64,000 nt of DNA, taken from positions 60,674-124,673 of the forward strand of contig CAYYQC010000001.1 of assembly GCA_964473715.1 (NCBI GenBank), in the 5' to 3' direction. This document shows positions 19,881-27,687 of the stretch, piece after piece. Made by a program: the position numbers and the translations under genes. Numbering within the stretch: the first letter of the stretch is position 1; each line of letters opens with the position of its first letter. Under the pieces are notes generated by a model. That model was not told the DNA's origin. It searched no databases and saw only the letters and a program-made list of their open reading frames with translations. This stretch comes from an uncultured Gammaproteobacteria bacterium (GTDB taxonomy: Bacteria; Patescibacteriota; Patescibacteriia; Magasanikbacterales; UBA922).

Positions 19881-20272
19881 GGGGATGACAGGCTTCGCTA
19901 GGTGGAGCTTGTTACTGTAATTAGGCATGTCGGCCGCACCGCCGTTAGAGGTGCACAAGTAATAAGTGCCAACTTATTCAACCAGGTGAAGACAGCTGTT
20001 GCTCGCGCATTCAGCCCTTCATTTGCTCCTGCTCTCGCTTAATCGCCTGTAGCCATCACTCTTCTGAATCCTAATAAGAAATCAGTGGTGCCAACCCATT
20101 GGGATATACCAGCTTCTCCAATCAGAAGTGAGCTGGAAGAACTTGGCTCTGATTTAGGATGCTGATATTTTGTCGCTTTTTCACCAGTGTCCGAAACAAC
20201 AAAGCTGGCTACACATGTAGATTAATTCTGTAACCCATCTATACCCGAGTTCAATTCTCGGCATCTCCACCA
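19881..20272 (+). ncRNA. ssrA: tmRNA
   Basis: 5' GGGGATGA and 3' T-arm ccgagttcaattctcgg plus catctccACCA; tag frame 19968-20042 reads ANLFNQVKTAVARAFSPSFAPALA*; directly after smpB. Confidence 0.93.
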
Positions 20273-20289
20273 TTAGTTTTATATTTTGT

Positions 20290-20838
20290 ATGCGCATATC
20301 CCGCAAAAAACGCCCAGAAAAACCGCTTATAGCGGCAGTTAAGAAAAATCTTGAACTCGATTACCCAGAAACTTTGGTAATTGGTGAGGACAATAAAAGT
20401 CTCGGTATCATGACAGTACGTGCAGCTGTAGCCCTAGCGGAAGAACGTGGTTTGGACTTAGTTGAAATTAATCCTAAAAGTACTCCACCTGCTACCAAAT
20501 TGGTAAATTACTCTGAATTTAAATATCAGAAAGAAAAAGAAGCACGTAAGCAAAAAGCACATTCTCATACCAGTGACATCAAAGGTATTCGATTGTCAGT
20601 GCGTATTGGTGAACATGATTTGAATAACAAACGCGAACAGGCTAAAAAATTCTTGGATCGTGGCGATAAAGTTAAACTGGAATTAATTGTACGTGGCCGT
20701 GAACACGGTAAAATGGATTTAGCCAATGAAATTATTCGTGATTTCATCGCGGCAATAGATGCTATTATGCCAATTCGCCAAGAGCAAGAAGTACAGAAAC
20801 AGGAACACAAACTTACATCTATTATTGCCAAGAAATAG
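20290..20838 (+). CDS. infC: Translation initiation factor IF-3
   Basis: GLDLVEINP; KYQKEKEARKQK; KFLDRGDKVK...RGRE. Confidence 0.95.
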   Translation: MRISRKKRPEKPLIAAVKKNLELDYPETLVIGEDNKSLGIMTVRAAVALAEERGLDLVEINPKSTPPATKLVNYSEFKYQKEKEARKQKAHSHTSDIKGIRLSVRIGEHDLNNKREQAKKFLDRGDKVKLELIVRGREHGKMDLANEIIRDFIAAIDAIMPIRQEQEVQKQEHKLTSIIAKK

Positions 20839-20866
20839 CCCCTCAAGCTATACACAATTTAAACCC

Positions 20867-20895
20867 TTGACGAAAGTCAAATTACCCTATATACT
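20867..20895 (+). promoter_or_regulatory. Sigma70 promoter for rpmI-rplT
   Basis: TTGACG-17nt-TATACT. Confidence 0.65.
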
Positions 20896-20913
20896 AGCGC
20901 AACAAATCTTGAT

Positions 20914-21117
20914 ATGACGATGAAAACCAACAAAACCATTGCCAGCCGCTTTACTATCAAAAAGTCAAAAAAGCATGGCAAAAAATTGCTGAAACGGGCT
21001 AATGGCCAAGACCATTTTAATGCTCGCCAAAGCAGTGACACTCGCCGCCGCAAACGCCGCGATGTGACCATGACTAAAACGCTGGAAAAGACTATTTTCC
21101 GCGCCATGCCTTACTAA
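20914..21117 (+). CDS. rpmI: 50S ribosomal protein bL35
   Basis: MKTNKTIASRF...GQDHFNAR; between infC and rplT. Confidence 0.92.
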   Translation: MTMKTNKTIASRFTIKKSKKHGKKLLKRANGQDHFNARQSSDTRRRKRRDVTMTKTLEKTIFRAMPY

Positions 21118-21127
21118 TGTCTAAAAT

Positions 21128-21469
21128 ATGCCACGCGTAAAACGAGGAATACATCATTCTAAACGCCGCCGCGGAATTTTACGAAAAGTAAAAGGTTTTG
21201 AAGGTGGACGAAAAAGCCTTCTTAAATTGGCTAAAACTGCTGCTACCAAAGCTGGTGGTTATGCTTACGCTGATCGCAAAGTCAAAAAGCGCACCACTCG
21301 CACTCTTTGGCAGGTTAAAATCAATGCTGCTCTTGACCCTATGGGCATGAGTTACAGTAAATTCATGGGCGCTCTCAAAGCAAACAATGTAGTTTTGAAC
21401 CGCAAAATGCTTGGTGAAATTGCTGCCAAGTACCCAGAAGTCTTCCGTATCATTGCTCAAACTAAATAA
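21128..21469 (+). CDS. rplT: 50S ribosomal protein bL20
   Basis: MPRVKRG...YADRKVKKR..R.LW..INAA...LNRKML. Confidence 0.97.
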   Translation: MPRVKRGIHHSKRRRGILRKVKGFEGGRKSLLKLAKTAATKAGGYAYADRKVKKRTTRTLWQVKINAALDPMGMSYSKFMGALKANNVVLNRKMLGEIAAKYPEVFRIIAQTK

Positions 21470-21476
21470 TCATTCA

Positions 21477-21562
21477 AAAAGCCCTGACAGTGTTCGGCGC
21501 TTGACTTGGACTGTCCCCTCCTTCAGTCCCTGTCGTGCCGGACGCTGTCAGGGCTTTTCTTT
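21477..21562 (+). terminator. Unusually long hairpin terminator / candidate 3' structured RNA after rplT
   Basis: About 82-nt imperfect stem aaaagccctgacag...ctgtcagggctttt followed by a U-tract; apical loop TCCCCTCCTT. Confidence 0.65.
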
Positions 21563-21581
21563 GTCTAATAAACTAATTGTC

Positions 21582-21611
21582 TTGACAATTAGACTAAAAA
21601 CCAGGTATAAT
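21582..21611 (+). promoter_or_regulatory. Sigma70 promoter for small basic protein and tRNA-Asp
   Basis: TTGACA-18nt-TATAAT. Confidence 0.7.
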
Positions 21612-21638
21612 CGTTTCACAATTTTATAATCAAATCAT

Positions 21639-21857
21639 ATGGGAATGCGTAAAAAAGTGCGCAACTTGGCTAAGGCGAGTTGGAAAGTAGAAAAAGCCAA
21701 GCGTGACAAAAACCGCTTGAAGCGTGAAGCCAAAATGGCTGCCAAAGGTATTGCCCCAGCTCGTGTTAAACACGGACTCCGCAATAAAAAAATTACTCAG
21801 GCTGTACGCGTTGGAGTTCGCCCAGGTAAGAAGGTGACAGTTACCAAAGCTAAATAA
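21639..21857 (+). CDS. Small, highly basic hypothetical protein (72 aa)
   Basis: Own promoter; K/R-rich; fills the gap between rplT and the tRNA. Confidence 0.7.
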   Translation: MGMRKKVRNLAKASWKVEKAKRDKNRLKREAKMAAKGIAPARVKHGLRNKKITQAVRVGVRPGKKVTVTKAK

Positions 21858-21894
21858 AATTTACCTTCGCCTAACATTTGGTTGGGCGATTCCT

Positions 21895-21968
21895 GGATCG
21901 GTAGTTCAACTGGTTAGAGCACTGCCCTGTCACGGCAGAAGTTGCGGGTTCGAGTCCCGTCCGATCCG
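21895..21968 (+). tRNA. tRNA-Asp(GTC), CCA not encoded
   Basis: Acceptor GGATCGG/CCGATCC; anticodon arm ctgcc-ctGTCac-ggcag; T-loop GGTTCGAGTCC; discriminator G. Confidence 0.97.
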
Positions 21969-21980
21969 CAGAACAGAACG

Positions 21981-22011
21981 AACAGCGTCAGCATACGCTG
22001 TTTTTTCTTTT
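21981..22011 (+). terminator. Intrinsic terminator after tRNA-Asp
   Basis: aacagcgt-cagcat-acgctgtt followed by a T-tract. Confidence 0.75.
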
Positions 22012-22035
22012 ATTAAGCCAAAATTTACGGTTGTA

Positions 22036-22512
22036 GTGACAGTAACTTCTTCTTTTAGGCTCATAACAAAACACCACATTGCACCACTGATACTTGCCTT
22101 TTCAATAATTGAAGCAAGCGCCAAACTTTCTGCACCTGAAGAACTTGTGGGTTCCAAGAAACGATTTATGTGGTGGGCCAGTGAATTTCTAAAAAACAAA
22201 GATGGTACACCCTACCCTGCCTTAGCTTTATACAGTACACGATGCGGGTTATTTCACGAATACGGAGCAGAATCTGATATATCCAGAAGAGATGAGTGTA
22301 AGGTTATAGTATGGTCACACGGACAAAATGGACCTGCCCATCATAATAAAACTAAAGACCGAGTCTTGATGCTTTCCAGAAAACAATTTTTTGATGACTT
22401 GTACGACGGCGGGATGGAAATGCTAAAAAGGATGGTAACTGACCGCGAAATGGCAGAGCGGTTTGGAGCAAGATTACCTGAACTATTTGGAGTTTTTGAG
22501 ATGAATCCTTAA
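22036..22512 (+). CDS. Hypothetical protein (start uncertain, possibly N-truncated)
   Basis: Globular-looking ORF with LYSTRCGLFH motif; GTG start only. Confidence 0.5.
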   Translation: MTVTSSFRLITKHHIAPLILAFSIIEASAKLSAPEELVGSKKRFMWWASEFLKNKDGTPYPALALYSTRCGLFHEYGAESDISRRDECKVIVWSHGQNGPAHHNKTKDRVLMLSRKQFFDDLYDGGMEMLKRMVTDREMAERFGARLPELFGVFEMNP

Positions 22513-22523
22513 ATTTAAAAAGA

Positions 22524-22892
22524 TTATTCCCACTCAGGAATAAGTTCACTAATTCTCATTTTACCTTTTGGCAGAATTACCCACGCGTCACCAAACTGCC
22601 TAATCATTTCACGACATCGACCACAGGGCGGTAAAATCGTTCCATTCGCCATAACAGCGACGATTGAAGCAATCTTGTGCTCAGCCTTGGTATGCATCTG
22701 TCCAATTGCGGTATATTCCGCACAGGTGGAACACGGACTGCTATGGATGGATTCAAAATTTACACCAGTAAACACTTTGCCGCTGGTAGTTTCTAAAGCG
22801 CATCCAACTGCGGTAATTTCGCTTTGTCGTTTTTGAATTAATTTTTGTGCCTTAGTTATAAGTGCCTTATCAGCTGGAGTTAGTTTTTGCAT
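22524..22892 (-). CDS. cdd: Cytidine deaminase family protein
   Basis: TGVNFE; CAE; PPCGRCRE zinc-binding motifs. Confidence 0.85.
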   Translation of the reverse strand: MQKLTPADKALITKAQKLIQKRQSEITAVGCALETTSGKVFTGVNFESIHSSPCSTCAEYTAIGQMHTKAEHKIASIVAVMANGTILPPCGRCREMIRQFGDAWVILPKGKMRISELIPEWE

Positions 22893-22915
22893 AATTTTAA
22901 AAATCTCTGACTATT

Positions 22916-23398
22916 TTACAACTCAAATCTAAAGATAACTCGCTCATCTTTTCCTTTGGTTTTACCAACACCTTCGATGTAACCGCTAATCAGGCCACCA
23001 GCACTAAGGCAAGTATTCAATGAAGCGTAGTTATCATTGTGTACATCAGCAAAAACCTTCTCTACTTTTTTCTTTTTAGCATAAACCAAGAATTCTTTTA
23101 GCAAACTCAACCCAACCCCCTGCTTACGGTACTTTTTGGAAACAGTAATCTGCTTCAGATACCACTGATTGAACCTTCCAAGAAAATCATTGCGCCAGTA
23201 AAGCAAAGCAACAATCTCCTGGTCTTGGATAGCACAAAGCACCTGCTTGGTACTAGTGAGTTCTTTAAACATTTTCACATTAATTGTGCGGTAAGATTCA
23301 GCGCCGTCAATGTTGATGGTAACAAGGGTCGCGACATCTTTTGGAGTAGCGAGTCTGAATTTAAGTGGATTCATAGCCATTGGCGTTAATTTTTGCAT
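22916..23398 (-). CDS. GNAT family acetyltransferase
   Basis: VSKKYRKQGVG acetyl-CoA motif; DVHNDNYAS. Confidence 0.85.
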   Translation of the reverse strand: MQKLTPMAMNPLKFRLATPKDVATLVTINIDGAESYRTINVKMFKELTSTKQVLCAIQDQEIVALLYWRNDFLGRFNQWYLKQITVSKKYRKQGVGLSLLKEFLVYAKKKKVEKVFADVHNDNYASLNTCLSAGGLISGYIEGVGKTKGKDERVIFRFEL

Positions 23399-24141
23399 AA
23401 AACTTTAAGAAGAGAATTACACATTTGTAAGGCTTTTTTACTTTTCGTACCAATATCTTTCACTGACTTAACTTGATACAGACTTTCCAGTTGCTTCAAT
23501 TCCTTTTTTGGTAAATAATTTGAAATGTGAACCAGGCCCATATCGCGGGTCAATGGCGCATATTTAATGCGAAACAGCTCAACCAGTGGACCCAAAATCC
23601 AGCGATTGTAATACACCCAAGACTCAAGAAACTGACCACGCAAAATATATTTCTTAACTCGGGAACTTTGTGCAACCTCAAGTCTAAGATGTTCGACTCT
23701 CGCAGCAATCTCTTTATTAACGGCCTTTTGGTTTAACGAGTAGAGTTTGGTTATTTTGGTTTTATCAAAAATTGGAAATGGTAGCTCGTGAGTCATTTCT
23801 TTGGTGAATTTTGCTTTTCGGCTATGGCTCTGAATACAGATATCCAAGAGTAAAAATTCTGAAGTACCTTTAATATGTAAGTGTTCCTGAATGATTTTAG
23901 GGTCAGAGTGATTATAATGGTAAACCAAATCAAGTGGGGCCAAGGTTTTTAGAACGCGCTCCACTTCTTTCATTATTTTTTGTTCGTGTCCATCTTCAAC
24001 ATCAAACCAAATATCCAGGTCTGAGTATTTATCCACTGACCCCAAAGAATCCGAACCTTCAAGCCAGAAGGCATAAACTTTTGGGTTAGGTTCAAAAGCG
24101 GCCTTAAGGCGGGCAACAATGTCATTTCGGGTTATAGGCAT
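23386..24141 (-). CDS. Nucleotidyltransferase domain protein (aminoglycoside adenylyltransferase-like fold)
   Basis: WLEGSD.LG..DKYSDLD Pol-beta-type motif. Confidence 0.75.
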   Translation of the reverse strand: MPITRNDIVARLKAAFEPNPKVYAFWLEGSDSLGSVDKYSDLDIWFDVEDGHEQKIMKEVERVLKTLAPLDLVYHYNHSDPKIIQEHLHIKGTSEFLLLDICIQSHSRKAKFTKEMTHELPFPIFDKTKITKLYSLNQKAVNKEIAARVEHLRLEVAQSSRVKKYILRGQFLESWVYYNRWILGPLVELFRIKYAPLTRDMGLVHISNYLPKKELKQLESLYQVKSVKDIGTKSKKALQMCNSLLKVLCKN

Positions 24142-24285
24142 ACATATGGTTTAAAAGCTCCCCTATTGTACTTTATCCCCCACTGGATGACAATTCAGCT
24201 GAAATACAAGGTATTTCCCAGAAATTCAGCCCACTAAAAAAGGTTATAATCTCGTCCCGTCGCCTCCGCCTATTATTCTACTTCG

Positions 24286-24313
24286 AAAAAACAGTCTTTA
24301 TAGACTGTTTTTT
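24286..24313. terminator. Terminator-like inverted repeat
   Basis: aaaaaacagtct-ttat-agactgtttttt. Confidence 0.55.
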
Positions 24314-24339
24314 ATTTTTAAGAGTATACTATTAACAGT

Positions 24340-24738
24340 ATGTCTACTAGACCCAAAATCCTCATTGACGCTGGTTATGAAATTTATTGTGACACTCTAA
24401 AACTCCGAGAACTTGATGTTCCAGTAGTTGATTTTGCCATTGAAAAATTAATCTGGAATTTTGATTTACCACTGTGGGATAAGGATGGAACTGATGATTG
24501 GAATTTAACCGCATGGGAAGTAATTAATAAAATTCCTGATAGTATTACTCACCAACAAAGAATTGCTGAAGCTGATTTACAATTCCCGATTTTATTAACC
24601 GAGAAAAATGATAAGTGGTTAGTGATTGACGGTGTGCACCGATTAGTAAAAGCTTTTGAAGCAAAACAAAAAACAATTAAAGCAAAAATATTTACCCAAA
24701 CACAGGTGGATAGCCACCCTAACACTAGCAGGCATTAA
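24340..24738 (+). CDS. ParB/Srx N-terminal-like domain protein
   Basis: ADLQFPILL...VIDGVHRLVKA. Confidence 0.7.
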   Translation: MSTRPKILIDAGYEIYCDTLKLRELDVPVVDFAIEKLIWNFDLPLWDKDGTDDWNLTAWEVINKIPDSITHQQRIAEADLQFPILLTEKNDKWLVIDGVHRLVKAFEAKQKTIKAKIFTQTQVDSHPNTSRH

Positions 24739-26459
24739 ATTCTATCAAATAATTCTGGAGCGTAATACACGGTTTCTCCAGTATACCCCTTACGAACACC
24801 ACGTTGCCGGTAAGCACTTAATTCTGGATTTTGAGTAATCATTTTCGCCAATCTGCTTGCTACTGTTTTATTAGATATACTTTTCAATTTTGCTAATTCA
24901 AATGCGTTTAACCAGTTATCTAGAATTTCAGCTGGTTTAGTTAATTCAAAGTATTCTTGTAAGGCTGCAAAAACTTCAGGACCATACTGTGTTCTAATGT
25001 GTTTAGACGCACTAGGCAACTCTTCAGAAAATGGTAAACCATGTTCTTCAAACTCAGTTTTAAATATTTCTAAGACCGCCTTAAGCTTATCCAAATCAAT
25101 ACCTAATTTTTCTGCAAGTGCATTGGTAGTAAGCCAATCAGACTTTCTTTCTTTTGGAGTTAGAGCAATTACGAGATCTCTAACCAATTCTGGAGAGCAA
25201 TAATTGAACTCCCTTTTCTTTGGATCAGAAAATGGTTTTATTTGATACGCTTGTTCATCACCTTGTTTTTCTCGGGCTAACAAAGGGTAGAGCTCATCAA
25301 GCTTGTCTGACGCAGTCGCAAAACTTCGTTCTGTCATTTCTGCAATTTGCATGATACTTTTCCACCCATTTGGCGCCTGCGGCAATGGTTCAAGTTCTGG
25401 TCTTATAGTATTGATAAAATCAACATGTAAGTGCTCTTGCTTATGATGATTAGTATCACGCAATGGCGCAAACCACTGAGGATGACTTTCTTTATACTTT
25501 TTAATGTAAGGCTCAAGAATTTTACCACCTTTTCTTCCTAAGGCAGACAGAGCACTTTTTCTGGTATGCCAATCTGGGCCCGCGTATTCATATTCTTGAG
25601 CAGCAGACTTTTCAGCCTGGATGACCGTTGATTTTGTTGGCTGACGAGATGAATCTTTTACTGGCCACGGCTCAAGTAATTCTGCCTTAGTTTTTTCTTG
25701 CCAAGATTTTTTAGCCTCTACAGAATCTTTATCACCTTTCCAAAAAATATGGGTAATAATCGGCAGACCTTCGTGTTTACCAGCTCCAATTCTTGTTAAA
25801 GAAGATATAAGTGTTTTGATTTCCTTTTCACGAATATTATGAAGGATAATAGTAGCGTGCTTAGGTTCATTCGTTACAAACAATGCTTTTTTAAAATCAG
25901 GTATATAAAACTGATACAAAACATTTGATTCTAAATGGTTTTCAGGAACAATATTTTGATCAGTCACCGTGTGATTAGCACTAGCCAAAGTATATTCAAC
26001 ACCAATTTCTGTTAACAATTCTTTGACATATAATACCAAATTAACCCTTTTTATTTTTTCAGGTGATTCAGGCTCAGTCGTATTTTCAGGTTCAGGTAAA
26101 GTGCCTGGTGGAAACGGATGATAATCGAGAGTATAAGTATAATAGGGCTGATGAACATTAGTTACAGGCAATTGACCAATTCCCTGCTCTTTTTTTTCAT
26201 TATTATATAATTCTTCTGCTCTTAGCCATAAAACATCAGCTAATTTATTTGGATCAAATTGACCATCAACAGAAATATCAGGTCCAGAAATACCCATAAG
26301 TTCAGCAGCGTCCTGCCAGCCATAGGTTTCGTTTTTGCGCAATTGATCCCACTCGCCTACCAATAGATTGTACCACTGGGCATAGGTATCGTTTTCATCA
26401 CGCTCATGCTTTTCCAGATGGGCATAGGTACTTTGGAAATATTCAGATGTTTCAGACAT
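24735..26459 (-). CDS. Hypothetical protein with four C-terminal tandem wHTH-like repeats
   Basis: Repeats starting PDWHT, PNGWKS, SDWLT and DNWLN; three end in Y/CxPE-like motifs. Confidence 0.7.
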   Translation of the reverse strand: MSETSEYFQSTYAHLEKHERDENDTYAQWYNLLVGEWDQLRKNETYGWQDAAELMGISGPDISVDGQFDPNKLADVLWLRAEELYNNEKKEQGIGQLPVTNVHQPYYTYTLDYHPFPPGTLPEPENTTEPESPEKIKRVNLVLYVKELLTEIGVEYTLASANHTVTDQNIVPENHLESNVLYQFYIPDFKKALFVTNEPKHATIILHNIREKEIKTLISSLTRIGAGKHEGLPIITHIFWKGDKDSVEAKKSWQEKTKAELLEPWPVKDSSRQPTKSTVIQAEKSAAQEYEYAGPDWHTRKSALSALGRKGGKILEPYIKKYKESHPQWFAPLRDTNHHKQEHLHVDFINTIRPELEPLPQAPNGWKSIMQIAEMTERSFATASDKLDELYPLLAREKQGDEQAYQIKPFSDPKKREFNYCSPELVRDLVIALTPKERKSDWLTTNALAEKLGIDLDKLKAVLEIFKTEFEEHGLPFSEELPSASKHIRTQYGPEVFAALQEYFELTKPAEILDNWLNAFELAKLKSISNKTVASRLAKMITQNPELSAYRQRGVRKGYTGETVYYAPELFDRI

Positions 26460-26571
26460 AGGTATTTTTACTATTAATAGTATAGAGGAATTTAGAACAA
26501 AAACAACCCCAACCCTCCCTTTTGAGCGGCTTTGCTATTTCTTCCAAAAGACCTATAATATCCCTATTCTT

Positions 26572-27387
26572 ATGAACCATTTAACCAAACTAGGAATTCT
26601 CACACTTATTGGTAGTGCCATTGGCGCTGGTTTTTATTTTCACTATTCTGGCAATACAGTGACCGAGCCGGCTTTGGCGCAAACGGAAAAAATTGCGCCG
26701 ATTGCTTCAAAAGAAATAAGAGAAAAAATATATTCTGCTGCGGATTTTCAGGGTCATGGACGCACAAGCAAGTCTGATCGCACCAGTGAAATTTTACATG
26801 TGGAAATTAATCCGCAACTTTCGCCATTTACTTTTTTAATTACCTCATTTACCAGCACCACGCGCGGCGCGATTTACGTATACTATGATTCAAAACCAGA
26901 GCCGGTCCAAACTATTTTACTGTCCGACCCAGACATGTTTCTTGGTGACCGAATTCATGAATTTTTTAATGTCACTGATCTTAATTTTGACGGTTATTTG
27001 GATATTGGTATTTTGGAAGAAGGCGGCGCAAAATGGGGCACCTATCAGTATTGGCTGTTTGATGAAAAAATCAAAACCTTTGTGGAAAATACATTTACCC
27101 AAGATTTTCGAAAATTAAATTTTAATCAAATTACTTTTGATCAAGCCAACAAACAAATTACCATTAATAATTTTTGTGGCACATTAATTTGTGATAAAGA
27201 TATTTATCTAGTAACCGATAATAATTTAAATTTGTTTGAATCGTCTCACCAGGAACAACCCTATAGTTCAGACAATGATGGTACACAACTCAAAACATGC
27301 GTAACCACAGTGGAAAAACACCAAGAAAATAAGATTATTAAAACCGAAAACACTTCTGAAAATTATTGCGACGGTTATTATTGGTAA
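26572..27387 (+). CDS. Membrane-anchored/secreted hypothetical protein (DxNFDGYxD motif)
   Basis: N-terminal TM; DLNFDGYLDI...YQYWLFD. Confidence 0.7.
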   Translation: MNHLTKLGILTLIGSAIGAGFYFHYSGNTVTEPALAQTEKIAPIASKEIREKIYSAADFQGHGRTSKSDRTSEILHVEINPQLSPFTFLITSFTSTTRGAIYVYYDSKPEPVQTILLSDPDMFLGDRIHEFFNVTDLNFDGYLDIGILEEGGAKWGTYQYWLFDEKIKTFVENTFTQDFRKLNFNQITFDQANKQITINNFCGTLICDKDIYLVTDNNLNLFESSHQEQPYSSDNDGTQLKTCVTTVEKHQENKIIKTENTSENYCDGYYW

Positions 27388-27391
27388 CGAA

Positions 27392-27676
27392 CTATTTACC
27401 AATTATCAAAAAATACAAAGTGATTATTATCACTACCCCAAGAATTTCCGCGGCTGGATAGTGCCAGGAAATTTTTTGTTTACAGTAGCGACATTGCGCT
27501 TTTAACAATAACCAACTCAAAATCGGTACCAAATCAATTGGCACCAAAACGTGTTTGCAGTGCGGACAATGTGACCGACCATGAGCAATTGACTCCCCTT
27601 GTTTAGCTCGATAAAGCCAGGCATTAAAAAAGCTACCCAGGGTTAGACCAATTACAATTAACAGAAAAATGGTCAT
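27392..27676 (-). CDS. Prepilin peptidase A24 N-terminal domain only
   Basis: GSFFN; RSHCPHC..L..IDLVPILSWLLLKAQCRYC..ISWHYP; stops before the peptidase domain. Confidence 0.8.
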   Translation of the reverse strand: MTIFLLIVIGLTLGSFFNAWLYRAKQGESIAHGRSHCPHCKHVLVPIDLVPILSWLLLKAQCRYCKQKISWHYPAAEILGVVIIITLYFLIIGK

Positions 27677-27687
27677 TGAAATCCAAA

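Noticed and set aside
19773-19958. Minus-strand 61-aa ORF
   Set aside because: Antisense to smpB and tmRNA.
21477-21562. SRP RNA or 6S RNA call for the long hairpin
   Set aside because: No SRP domain IV motif (CAGG..GRAA..AGCAG) on either strand, and too short with no central bubble for 6S.
21930-22199. Minus-strand 89-aa ORF
   Set aside because: Overlaps the tRNA-Asp antisense and its terminator.
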